A stretch of 64,000 nt of DNA from a virus. Every line of letters begins with the position of its first letter. Positions within the stretch are counted from its first letter, which is position 1. Location of the stretch: positions 66,195 through 130,194 of IMG/VR virus record IMGVR_UViG_3300032235_000647; one strand, given 5' to 3'. The notes beneath the pieces are model-generated. The model had not been told where the DNA came from and searched no databases. It saw only the letters and a program-made list of their open reading frames with translations. Below are positions 29,625-39,200 of this stretch, piece by piece. Both the position numbers and the translations under genes were made by a program.

Positions 29625-29828
29625 TTATTTTTTATCACCTTCATCGATGTATTTTTCTTTCCAAAGGGATAAATACCATTCAATTCTTGGTCCCCATGTA
29701 TCCTTATCAATCTCTTCAAACCAAATGGTTAATGCGTCAAGAGAGTTGGCAATTTTTTCTAATGCCTTAACTTTTCTCTCTTCAAGAATTTGTTGATTTT
29801 CGTTTGTTTCAGTTGTTTTTGTAGCCAT
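29625..29828 (-). CDS. Small hypothetical protein
   Basis: 67 aa, preceded by the recurrent promoter-like motif. Confidence 0.65.
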   Translation of the reverse strand: MATKTTETNENQQILEERKVKALEKIANSLDALTIWFEEIDKDTWGPRIEWYLSLWKEKYIDEGDKK

Positions 29829-29850
29829 AACTTTTATTTTAATTCGTATA

Positions 29851-29858
29851 TATAAATA
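29851..29858 (-). promoter_or_regulatory. Recurrent TATTTATA motif
   Basis: About 23 nt upstream of the start at 29828. Confidence 0.6.
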
Positions 29859-29866
29859 TATTATTT

Positions 29867-30718
29867 TTAGATAATTACAATTTTTTTACTCAATTTATTC
29901 CACTTTGAATAATCCCAATGATTGTTAGTATTCATCCTCTCAAACATGAATCCAGGGTTGTTTATATCAATCTTCCAATCAAACATTTCAATACTTTTAT
30001 ACATTTTTAAATACTCTTGCCAGTAGGTATAGTCTTCTTTTGTTTCTGAAACTTCTTTCAATCTTTCCAAAACCGTTGAATCCCATTTAAAGTGATGTAC
30101 TTGAACCAATCCCTCGCCTCTACCAATTGGATATCTTTTTGGATGTTTAATATTATCCTTACCCCACGAGTTTTTATCATCACCAAAATCTACATAATGT
30201 TGGCCAGATGTTACATTTATATAACCCTTCATAACACACACTTTATTTGGGCAAGCCCCACTCATAGGATATCTAAAGAAACCTGCAAGTGGGAACTCAC
30301 TCCAAACATCAGTTAGGCTACTAACTTCAGGAAATGTTCCATTCTCTCCTATTCTATCTACAAATCCACCAGTGATAAACTCCCATCCATTTTCTTCACA
30401 TTCAGAAATCATTTCTCTAATTGGTTTTGGATAAATGTGAAATTCATCATCATCTGATACAATCCACCATTCGTTTGGTTTCGTAGATTTCACTTCATTA
30501 TATAATTGGGTTACTCTTTCCCAATTAAATTTTGATTCGGTTACTATTTTAAAAGGTTTTATTCCAAGATTAATTACATCTTCTAAAATACCATCTAGTT
30601 CATGTTGTCTATATACCACAACATAAATTTCATCTACAACATCTTTGTAGTGTTTTAACATATGTGGTAATAAAGTTGTATTGTGTCCTACAACGGTAAC
30701 TAAATTTAGTTTTTGCAT
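29867..30718 (-). CDS. GT-A fold glycosyltransferase (GT2-related)
   Basis: L.HMLKHY..VDEIY, W.IVSDDDEF (DxD-type), GQH, HHFKW. Confidence 0.7.
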   Translation of the reverse strand: MQKLNLVTVVGHNTTLLPHMLKHYKDVVDEIYVVVYRQHELDGILEDVINLGIKPFKIVTESKFNWERVTQLYNEVKSTKPNEWWIVSDDDEFHIYPKPIREMISECEENGWEFITGGFVDRIGENGTFPEVSSLTDVWSEFPLAGFFRYPMSGACPNKVCVMKGYINVTSGQHYVDFGDDKNSWGKDNIKHPKRYPIGRGEGLVQVHHFKWDSTVLERLKEVSETKEDYTYWQEYLKMYKSIEMFDWKIDINNPGFMFERMNTNNHWDYSKWNKLSKKIVII

Positions 30719-31488
30719 TTTTGAATAAAAGTTAAACCAGTAGATGCTGGTTTTGTTCTAAGTATTCCATTATTGAAAAAATTAAATACTTCCCAATCTG
30801 AACTTTGTTTTAATTCTTTTATAAACCGAGAAGGTCCATTTGCATATTCTTGATAATTTTCTGATTTTACATCATGTGTAACTATATGCTCTTTTTCATA
30901 AGATGTATCAGTATCATGAATTGAAATTATACCAGACGGGTTTAAAAGTTTAGAATATAGTTCAAAATCTTGTTTTACATTTTCATAAGAATGTCCTGCA
31001 TCAATATGTAAATAGTCGATTTTAATATCCTCTTTTACAAAATAATTGTAAAATGCATTTTCAGTTGTGTCTAGAATAATTCTACAAGGAAAATGTTTTC
31101 TAAAAAATGAATCTTCATCTACCCAATCAGTTTCACCATTAATTTTATTATTGGCATCTACTAAAATAGTTGTTCCAATATTACCCCATTCAAGTTGTCT
31201 ATCTCCTTCGAAAATTCGTTGGTCATGTAAATCTAATCTTGCTTGAGACATGATTCTCGGAATAAATCCACCTCCACTTCCAAGACAAACACAAGTTTTG
31301 GCTCGCATGTATTGAATAGTAGAATAAATTAATATACCATCACCTAAGTGTAAATCAGTGGCACCATGAGTCCAACGATATTTTACAGGAGTTAGTTCTA
31401 AAAAAGATTCTCCGTTTACAGATTCTTTTTGTATTTGGTTATTCGTAAAAAAATCTTTTACAATATTAAAATTTATAATGCTACCCAT
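30706..31488 (-). CDS. Class I SAM-dependent methyltransferase (Methyltransf_24-like)
   Basis: CLGSGGG, IDYLHIDAGHSYE, LNPSGIISIHD. Confidence 0.85.
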   Translation of the reverse strand: MGSIINFNIVKDFFTNNQIQKESVNGESFLELTPVKYRWTHGATDLHLGDGILIYSTIQYMRAKTCVCLGSGGGFIPRIMSQARLDLHDQRIFEGDRQLEWGNIGTTILVDANNKINGETDWVDEDSFFRKHFPCRIILDTTENAFYNYFVKEDIKIDYLHIDAGHSYENVKQDFELYSKLLNPSGIISIHDTDTSYEKEHIVTHDVKSENYQEYANGPSRFIKELKQSSDWEVFNFFNNGILRTKPASTGLTFIQKCKN

Positions 31489-31530
31489 AGTATATTAGTT
31501 AAGAGTACTTACTACTATTTTAATTCTATT

Positions 31531-31571
31531 TAACTGATCAGTTATTATAGTGATCTACCCCCCTACCCCCC
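31531..31571. repeat. 14-bp palindrome plus tandem TACCCCCC repeat in intergenic region
   Basis: taactgatcagtta (31531-31544) is self-complementary; tacccccc occurs twice in tandem at 31556-31571. Confidence 0.85.
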
Positions 31572-31635
31572 TTTAAGGATAAATATAAGAGTTTTCACCA
31601 AACGATATATATTTATATAAAAATATACAAAAAAA

Positions 31636-32835
31636 TTATCTCAAAACAGCATTTCGAACATCATCAATCCATTTACTTAAATTGGTAAATTTAAGCATAT
31701 ATTCCTTTAATTTCATAAAATTTTCTAAACGAGTTTCATACGAATCTTTTAATATTGTTTTAACACATTTATCAAATTCCATTTTTGTTGAAGCACGATA
31801 TTTGTATGATATCTCTGGAGCCCAGTCATGATTTAAAATTGGTAATTTACCATAATCAACTGCCTGAAAAATAGAATATCCAAATGGTTCTTTAAAATAT
31901 GCACCATGAAAAATTCCCCAATTTTTTAACATAAATTGATGATGAATACCAGGGTCCCATTGGTATATATCGATATCCCTTAATGTATATGTACTTGTAT
32001 CTCTTAAATTTTTAATATCATATTGTGAAGTTAATGCATATCCATGATGGCCATTAAGCCAATGTATACACTTACGAGTTTCTGCCCTAGATGCGAATCC
32101 TATTTTACCATTATCAATATGAGTTGTTAATGATAAATTATGATTAAACTGATACATATTTGGAATTATATAAGTATAATTTGGAAACTCGTCTAAAAAT
32201 GAAGAATGATTATTACCAATCCATATACGCTTTTTAAATGTTGATAAATACTCTTCATAAAATTTTGCATCTATATTCGTTTGTGTTTGTATTTGATTTA
32301 GCTCGGGTATTTTATTTAAAACATTTATGATTTCCTTAGCATATGCATGTACAAAAACCGTTTTGAATTTATCTTCGTGGTGCCAGATATGCTCTCTTTT
32401 ATGATAATGTGGATGAAGAACATGAATTTCTTGTGAATTTTTTAACCACTCTTCCGTTATCTTTGGATTATCACCATGAAAATGATATGTTATACCTTTG
32501 GGTAATGAATTTGCATTAAAATTTAAAGGTCTCTTTGAATCAATAAGAAGTTTCCAAGTTTTTCTTAAAGGCAAGGTAGGCCACACGTATTTTAAAAAAT
32601 CATTAACCCACATATCTGCACCACCAACTATGGTATTACCTGCTCCAGTACAAATCAAGATTTTATGAATACCTTTTCGTAAACTATCATGTGTATATAA
32701 TTTATCCTCATCATCAGTCCATTCATTTAGAATTTCTGCAATATGATTGGTATCGATTTCAGTATCATACTGTAAAAAGTATTCTTTCAGAGATTCATGT
32801 AATTTTATTAAATCTTTACCCGAAACTTTTGTCAT
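31636..32835 (-). CDS. GT-B fold glycosyltransferase (GT4-like)
   Basis: VGGADMW N-terminal loop, IGFASRAETRK, EPFGYSIFQAVDYGKLPI (ExFG..EA..G.P-like). Confidence 0.75.
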   Translation of the reverse strand: MTKVSGKDLIKLHESLKEYFLQYDTEIDTNHIAEILNEWTDDEDKLYTHDSLRKGIHKILICTGAGNTIVGGADMWVNDFLKYVWPTLPLRKTWKLLIDSKRPLNFNANSLPKGITYHFHGDNPKITEEWLKNSQEIHVLHPHYHKREHIWHHEDKFKTVFVHAYAKEIINVLNKIPELNQIQTQTNIDAKFYEEYLSTFKKRIWIGNNHSSFLDEFPNYTYIIPNMYQFNHNLSLTTHIDNGKIGFASRAETRKCIHWLNGHHGYALTSQYDIKNLRDTSTYTLRDIDIYQWDPGIHHQFMLKNWGIFHGAYFKEPFGYSIFQAVDYGKLPILNHDWAPEISYKYRASTKMEFDKCVKTILKDSYETRLENFMKLKEYMLKFTNLSKWIDDVRNAVLR

Positions 32836-32865
32836 TTTAGTTATTAATTTTATATAATTATTTAA

Positions 32866-33936
32866 TTATTCAAAAAGTGCTGAAGCACATGACCTACATA
32901 TCGTATCGTATGATTCTTGTACTTTTTGTTGATGCTCGTCCTTTCCCCAAAAATCTTTTAATTCTTGAGTTTTAAAATCTCCAAACTGAATTTCCATATC
33001 ATAATCATTACAACACAAAAATACCTTACCAGCTGCATTTACATGAATCCACCCAACGGGCCGGCCACCAACCTCTCTACCATTACCACACCCAATAACT
33101 TTTTTAGTTTCATCACCTCGTTGTAAATTTCTTTTTATTGCCTCTTTGTTAGTCATTATATGGTCTAATAATCCAGCTCTATCAATTAACGATGGTACAT
33201 CAAATACTTGTAAACCAGGAAATAATTCTCTAGCTTTATTTGTTTGAGTTGCAAGTTCTCCAGTAGTTGGTTCCAAATCCATATCGATTGGGAAGTCGGG
33301 TCCTTTATCTAGCCAACCACCTCTGTCACCAAAAGAATTGTAATTAGACCCGTTTACTTGAATTGAGAATGATTTATTTATAACCATATCGGGTAGTTTT
33401 TCTATAGCATAATTAACATTAGAAATTAATTTATCAAATTGTTTTATGTTTATACCACTTCGTAAACTCCAAATTTCGGGTTCAAATGCTGGTATATTCA
33501 AACATATACCATTTACAACTCCTTTGTATTTTATAATCAAATCTACTTTCTCAGGTGTTAAAGGAATACCATTTGATAAGACCATAAAACATAATCTATA
33601 TTTCTGACAAATTTGTAATAGTTCTTCAAAATGTGGATATAAAAGAATTTCATTGTAATGTGCTGTATAGAATCCACCAAAATGTTTATGTACTAACCCA
33701 TCTTCTTTGTCTCTTTCATCTATTAAATTTTTAATTATTTTTTCTAATAATTCAACACTCATTACTTCTTTACCATTTGTCGGATTACCTCTGTACTTAA
33801 CGGGACAAAACCAACATTTTGCATTACAGACCCCAAACGGGTCTAATTGCATTTGATGAATTTTATAAGTTTGGAATTGTTCTTTTATTGTCATACCAAT
33901 ACTGATTTTTTTGCTGTATTTTGTATTAGTTTCCAA
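32866..33936 (-). CDS. Radical SAM protein with C-terminal SPASM-like domain
   Basis: CNAKCWFC; GKVFLCCNDY..G......W..CRSC. True start may be the later Met (MTIKEQF). Confidence 0.85.
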   Translation of the reverse strand: METNTKYSKKISIGMTIKEQFQTYKIHQMQLDPFGVCNAKCWFCPVKYRGNPTNGKEVMSVELLEKIIKNLIDERDKEDGLVHKHFGGFYTAHYNEILLYPHFEELLQICQKYRLCFMVLSNGIPLTPEKVDLIIKYKGVVNGICLNIPAFEPEIWSLRSGINIKQFDKLISNVNYAIEKLPDMVINKSFSIQVNGSNYNSFGDRGGWLDKGPDFPIDMDLEPTTGELATQTNKARELFPGLQVFDVPSLIDRAGLLDHIMTNKEAIKRNLQRGDETKKVIGCGNGREVGGRPVGWIHVNAAGKVFLCCNDYDMEIQFGDFKTQELKDFWGKDEHQQKVQESYDTICRSCASALFE

Positions 33937-34835
33937 TACTCATACGAGGTGGTTCCTTCTTTAATATCTAACACTTCATTGTATGGTAATTTGTTCATAT
34001 ATTCTGCTTTAAAAAATAATCCAGTTGTTGCATTTACAACTCCTGCATTATGAAATATGTTGCAACTATTCCATAAATTACCAGACGATGTAGCCCAACT
34101 AAATTCCATATTTGGATGGCATATTGTATTTTTGTTCATTTTCCATCCATTCCACAAAACTGCCCACATATCAGCACACCATATTTGAATTTCATGATAT
34201 TCTGGGTTATTAATTTTTTTAATTCTATTTAGTTCGGTTATATTTGTAAATAATTTTTCACAATCATTTTCAACATTTTCCCAAAATTTTGATGTTATAC
34301 CTTTCATTAGATATTGTGCACCAATTCCGTTTAATTCGTTTTGTTCAACAACAGATTCATCAATATCTGCAATAGAGCACATAGCTTTTAATATATCATC
34401 TCCTTTTGATTTTATATAAGAATGAGATATATACCATCTACAATCTGAACCATACCAATTATCGTCATTTATCATGTCATTGGTAATCCACTCACTAATT
34501 GGTTTTGTAAAAGCAATATCACAATCGTGATAAAAAATTACATCACTATGTATTTCAGGTCTAGCTTCCCAATGTTGTTTTAATATATTAGGTCTTATTG
34601 AAGATGTATACCCTTTTTTTATTCTAGTATCGTTATAAAAGAAAAATCTAACATAATTGTATTTTTTTGCTAATTTACTCCATTGTTCCGGTATAATTCC
34701 ATTTTCTACATAACATACCACATCCATATTATTTGGATTAACACCCATTTCAATAAAGTTGTGTATCATCACTTCAACTTGCCAAGTATAGTATGGGATG
34801 GCAGGTTGGGCACATACAAATCGTAAATTTTTCAT
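33891..34835 (-). CDS. Putative peptide O-glycosyltransferase (plant HPAT GT95 / SERGT1 GT96-like)
   Basis: YYTWQVEVMIHNF, SIRPNILKQHW, YHDCDI (DxD) and WCADMWA echo the YxxWQ, N(R/K)P, DxD and WxxEMY motifs of HPAT/SERGT1. Confidence 0.6.
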   Translation of the reverse strand: MKNLRFVCAQPAIPYYTWQVEVMIHNFIEMGVNPNNMDVVCYVENGIIPEQWSKLAKKYNYVRFFFYNDTRIKKGYTSSIRPNILKQHWEARPEIHSDVIFYHDCDIAFTKPISEWITNDMINDDNWYGSDCRWYISHSYIKSKGDDILKAMCSIADIDESVVEQNELNGIGAQYLMKGITSKFWENVENDCEKLFTNITELNRIKKINNPEYHEIQIWCADMWAVLWNGWKMNKNTICHPNMEFSWATSSGNLWNSCNIFHNAGVVNATTGLFFKAEYMNKLPYNEVLDIKEGTTSYEYWKLIQNTAKKSVLV

Positions 34836-34848
34836 AACATATTATTAA

Positions 34849-36285
34849 TTAAATACAAGTAAATGGACCACTCATAGAACTACCATTCCATAAATAATAT
34901 CCACCATCACCTTGTAAATATATAGAATTAGGCCACAGACCACCATTACAATTGCTAACAGATGTACTTGGACCATAATATAAAGTATTGGTATTAACAC
35001 TTGTTGTACTAAAATATCCATTTAATGTTCTTGGATTGTTACATACTTGAGTTGTTGTTGTACCTGACCCAATTGTCAATAAGAAACATGGTGGTAATGT
35101 AGTTGTTGTAGTAGTTGTAGTTGTAGTTGTTGTTGGTGGATCAGTTGTTGTTGTAGTTGTAGTTGGTGCTGCAGTTGTAGTAGTAGTTGTAGGTGCTGCA
35201 GTTGTTGTTGTAGTTGTTGTAGTAGTTGTAGTCGTGGTACAATTAACTACCACTGGCGTATTTTGTATAGAAACTGTTCCTACTGAATCCATCACTGCAA
35301 TATACCAAGATCCATTCGGTATATTACTCCAAGAATATGGATTTGATGAAACAGAATATCTTGTTCCACCAAGACCATTAATTGCTTGGATAGCATTAAA
35401 TTGTGAATTTTCTATGGCAATATAGCTATAAGTTCCACTACCACCTGAAATAGTTGATGTGAATGAGCCAACATTACCAAAGCAAGTTACTCCACTATTT
35501 GTTATGGTTAATGGAGGTAAAGTTGTAGTTGTAGTTGTTGTAGTTGTAGTACAATTAAATGTTACTTGACCGATATAAATCTCATTTGAATAAGATGTAT
35601 CGGTTACATATACATTATATGTATCAAATGAACCTAATCCAGTAAACACATTAAATGATTGAATTGTATTCGTACCATCCGATGTTCTTGTAATTCTATA
35701 ACTATAATTACCACTACCACCTGTTGCAGTAATATTAATAGTTCCTACACCATTACTATCACAGCTACTTGCAAATGTTCCGGCCAATGCAGGTAAACAA
35801 TCAATTACAATTGGATTTGAACTATATGTATAAATTATATTATCAGTTACGCTTTTTACTTTTATGTTATAATTTCCATCATTTAAGTTATTAAATGTAA
35901 ATGTATTTGAGGAAGTGGTTGAAGTAAAACTAGCACCATTATCATAACTATATTGATACTGCCCACTTCCACCTGAAACGGTGATTACAATTCTACCACT
36001 TCCTTCGTACATGACACAGCTACCAACCACACTTGTAAATGTAATTGGTGAAAAAGTTGTAGTGGTTGTAGTTGTGGTGGTTGTAGTTGTAGTTGTAGTT
36101 GTAGTTGTTGTGGTTAAACTCTTACCATAAAACTCATCCATACCCAGCTGATTAGTACCATCAGTTGTATAAGAAACCGAATAAACATTACCAGCTGAAG
36201 CCAAATCAATTTGAGTACCAGATGAGATTCCTCTATCGGTATTCATATCATTCATACTAATTTGACCTGAACTTGGTAATGGCAT
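34849..36285 (-). CDS. Mucin-like fibre/adhesin protein: poly-Thr tracts and SprB-like repeats
   Basis: N-terminal MPLPSSGQISM motif typical of genes following S74 fibres; three Thr tracts; repeats VSGGSGQYQYS, ATGGSGNYSY, ISGGSGTYSY with Cys. Confidence 0.8.
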   Translation of the reverse strand: MPLPSSGQISMNDMNTDRGISSGTQIDLASAGNVYSVSYTTDGTNQLGMDEFYGKSLTTTTTTTTTTTTTTTTTTTTFSPITFTSVVGSCVMYEGSGRIVITVSGGSGQYQYSYDNGASFTSTTSSNTFTFNNLNDGNYNIKVKSVTDNIIYTYSSNPIVIDCLPALAGTFASSCDSNGVGTINITATGGSGNYSYRITRTSDGTNTIQSFNVFTGLGSFDTYNVYVTDTSYSNEIYIGQVTFNCTTTTTTTTTTLPPLTITNSGVTCFGNVGSFTSTISGGSGTYSYIAIENSQFNAIQAINGLGGTRYSVSSNPYSWSNIPNGSWYIAVMDSVGTVSIQNTPVVVNCTTTTTTTTTTTTTAAPTTTTTTAAPTTTTTTTDPPTTTTTTTTTTTTLPPCFLLTIGSGTTTTQVCNNPRTLNGYFSTTSVNTNTLYYGPSTSVSNCNGGLWPNSIYLQGDGGYYLWNGSSMSGPFTCI

Positions 36286-39200
36286 TATTTATTCTTTTTT
36301 AATTCTTCAATTTCTAATTTTAATTCTTTTATACACTCTACCAAAAGTGGAACTACTTTACTATAATCAATAGTTAAATAGTCTTCACCTGTTACCGAAC
36401 CTCCCTTACCATCTTTATCAAATGGTGCTATACTTACAACTTCTGGCAAAATTTCTTTTACTTCTTGAGCAATTAATCCAACTTGTTTATTATCATTTTT
36501 TTCATATCCAAATCTTTCAGCTACTTCACTTTGTGTGTAATAAACTCCATTTAATTTTTGGATTTTATCTAATGGATTTTCAATTTTTCCAATAATATTT
36601 TTTAATCTTTTATCGGAATAATATGCAATTACGTTTCCATAACATTGTATTTCTTTTAGTACTTGAACATTACCATCCGTATCAATTCTAAATCGTAGTG
36701 GTCTTATAACACTACTATAAGTAGCATCATTTACGGGAGTACCGGTATGTACTCTAAAAGTACTTGTACCAATTGTTATACCACCACCATCTTTTAATAC
36801 TCCTTGATTTTCAGATAATGAACCATTTGAATATGATATACCTGGTCTATCATAAATCATAGCCTCTTGAGTTCTCGGTAACCATTGACTCGATTGTAAC
36901 GAATCATTTTCATCAGTACTACCAGTTGGAAATTTGAAAAAATCGGTAGATTGTAATGGTGTATTGAAAAATAATCCATCAGTACGAAATCCACCTTTAG
37001 AATCATTAAATACAATAGATTTTCCAGCCAAAGCAATAGGCATACCACCTGCAGTATTATGTCTAAAGAATCTTTCATTATCAGTACTTACAACGAAACC
37101 ATTATTATTAATTGTTGTAGTTCTATAAAGACTAGAATCTACTCCAGGATCAGTTGTTCCACTTGTAGATACTTGAAATCTCGTATTACTTCCTTCTAAT
37201 AATTCAATTTTATTAGCTGATGAATTTAATCGAATTGTACTACCAGACTGAGTTTTAAAAATACCAGTACTATTAACACTCCATCCACCAATCGTAGCTG
37301 AAGTTGCAGTAACATTTCCTGCAGAATCTACACTAAATAATGGAGACGATGCGTTTGGTACATTTATAGTACCACCTACGATAGCTCCACCTTGAACTGT
37401 ACCTGTAAAGGTACCACTACCACTTACAACTAAGTTACTACCATCCCAAAATAATCCTCCACCTGAACCAACTAATGACATTATACCGCTTGTTCCATTA
37501 CTTCCTATAAAGACACCATTGTTTCCGTATGCCTTTGTAGATTGTCCAATCGATATATAAGGTGATGTTGTACCCCCCGCAATTGTTATATTAGCGTTAC
37601 CACTTGTGTTCGTACCAACATTTATTGTATTTTGTACAAATGATTCTCTAAATATTGCAATTTCTGCAGCCACAAAGAATGAATCAGTACCGAGAGATTC
37701 CCAGAATGTACCAGTATTCAAATCTGGTCTTTTATTTAAGTTTGTAGTTGCATTCGGTAAAGTTGCATAATAAGTTCCACTATATAATACAGCATCTCTA
37801 CGAGTAGGTACATCATCGGTATCAAAATAAGTTACTGATGCACTCCAAGGCCCTCTGAAAACTATACCTGGTCCATCTGCTCCATCTGAACCCGAAGCAC
37901 CAGTTGAGCCAGATGGACCTGAATCACCAATCCCAGTAACACCAACTTCAAAATTTATTACATTTCCGGTAAATTGAGTTCCTTCTGAATTTCTATATGA
38001 TAAGGTAACCACCCCATTTGTTCCATTTAAATTGTTAGGAGTTGTTGGTGTAATAAAAGTGTTAGGAGCAGTATGTGAACCACTTGTTACATTTGTTATA
38101 TTAAATGTACTCGGGCCACTTGTGTTATAGGTATAATTCGAACCACCTTCATTTACAATTATTGAAATGGTTGATGGAGTACCTATACCAACAAGAGACC
38201 CACTTATTACAGTTTGAGATTGTGGATTTGCAGAAATAGTAACAACTGGGGCAGAACTCCGTACTCGTGAAACTGATGCTACCACATTTTTAGTACCACT
38301 AACACCCTCACTATCGGTAAAATTTACAGGTATAGTTACGGTGCCTGTGTCCGAAGTCATACTTGATGCATTACTTGAAAATACGAAGGTATTTGAAACA
38401 TTACTTCCATTTAAACCATTTGTAAAAGTTGGAGTCCCAAGAGAACTAAATCTATTAGTACCACCTTCTAATGCAGTTATGGTCAAAGTTTGTGGAGTAG
38501 CTGAACCACTACCACGAGAATTGGATTGAATCGATTGAGCAGTTGGAGAAACTGCAACTTCTATGTTCGGTGTTGCTGCCTTTGATTTGCTATATGATAC
38601 GGTTTTGGAAATATCGGTTGTATCACCTGCTCCATCTTTATATCTAACAATTACATTTATTGAACCAGAATCTACTCCATTGAGTGAAGTAATTCCGTAT
38701 TGGTTGATTGTTGGATTTGATGAATTAACGGTAATGCCCGTACTACCACTAACTGATATAATAGCAAATGTATTATTTCCTTGCCCATCACCCTCATCAT
38801 CAAATATAATAGTTTCATTACCAACCTTTACATCTACCGAGCCACTTGTTAATATAAATGAACCACTTTGTACAAAACCAGTAGACCTTGCAGGTAAGGA
38901 CGCGTTTTCATTTGTTAAAGTTACAGATAAACCATCGAGAATTTTAATCGGTGTAATTTTTATGGTATCATGGTAATCAATATCATAGGTATCAGATGCA
39001 GTAAAAAAATATGTGGCAGAACCAGACCTAAAATTAAAATTAGAACCGGATAAGAAGTAAGTTGCTACTCCAGTTGTTGGGTCATCAAACAACAATGATA
39101 ATGGTGCAGCAGTTCCAAATTCACTACCAGAGTTGATAATAATTGGTTCACCAGACGTACCTAAATTCTTTCTTCGTACATCAAAAGTTATTACCTGACT

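Noticed and set aside
14805-34835. DNA hypermodification cluster
   Set aside because: No thymidylate-synthase-like hydroxymethylase, TET/JBP dioxygenase or nucleotide kinase was recognised in the window. Disfavoured but not excluded, since such genes could lie elsewhere.
14805-34835. Bacterial LPS/capsule locus or chimeric contig
   Set aside because: No wzx/wzy/ABC export or priming phosphoglycosyltransferase; genes abut phage genes and share the same upstream motif.
35098-36114. gttgta-type tandem repeats as CRISPR or non-coding satellite
   Set aside because: They are in-frame Thr codons with no repeat-spacer structure.
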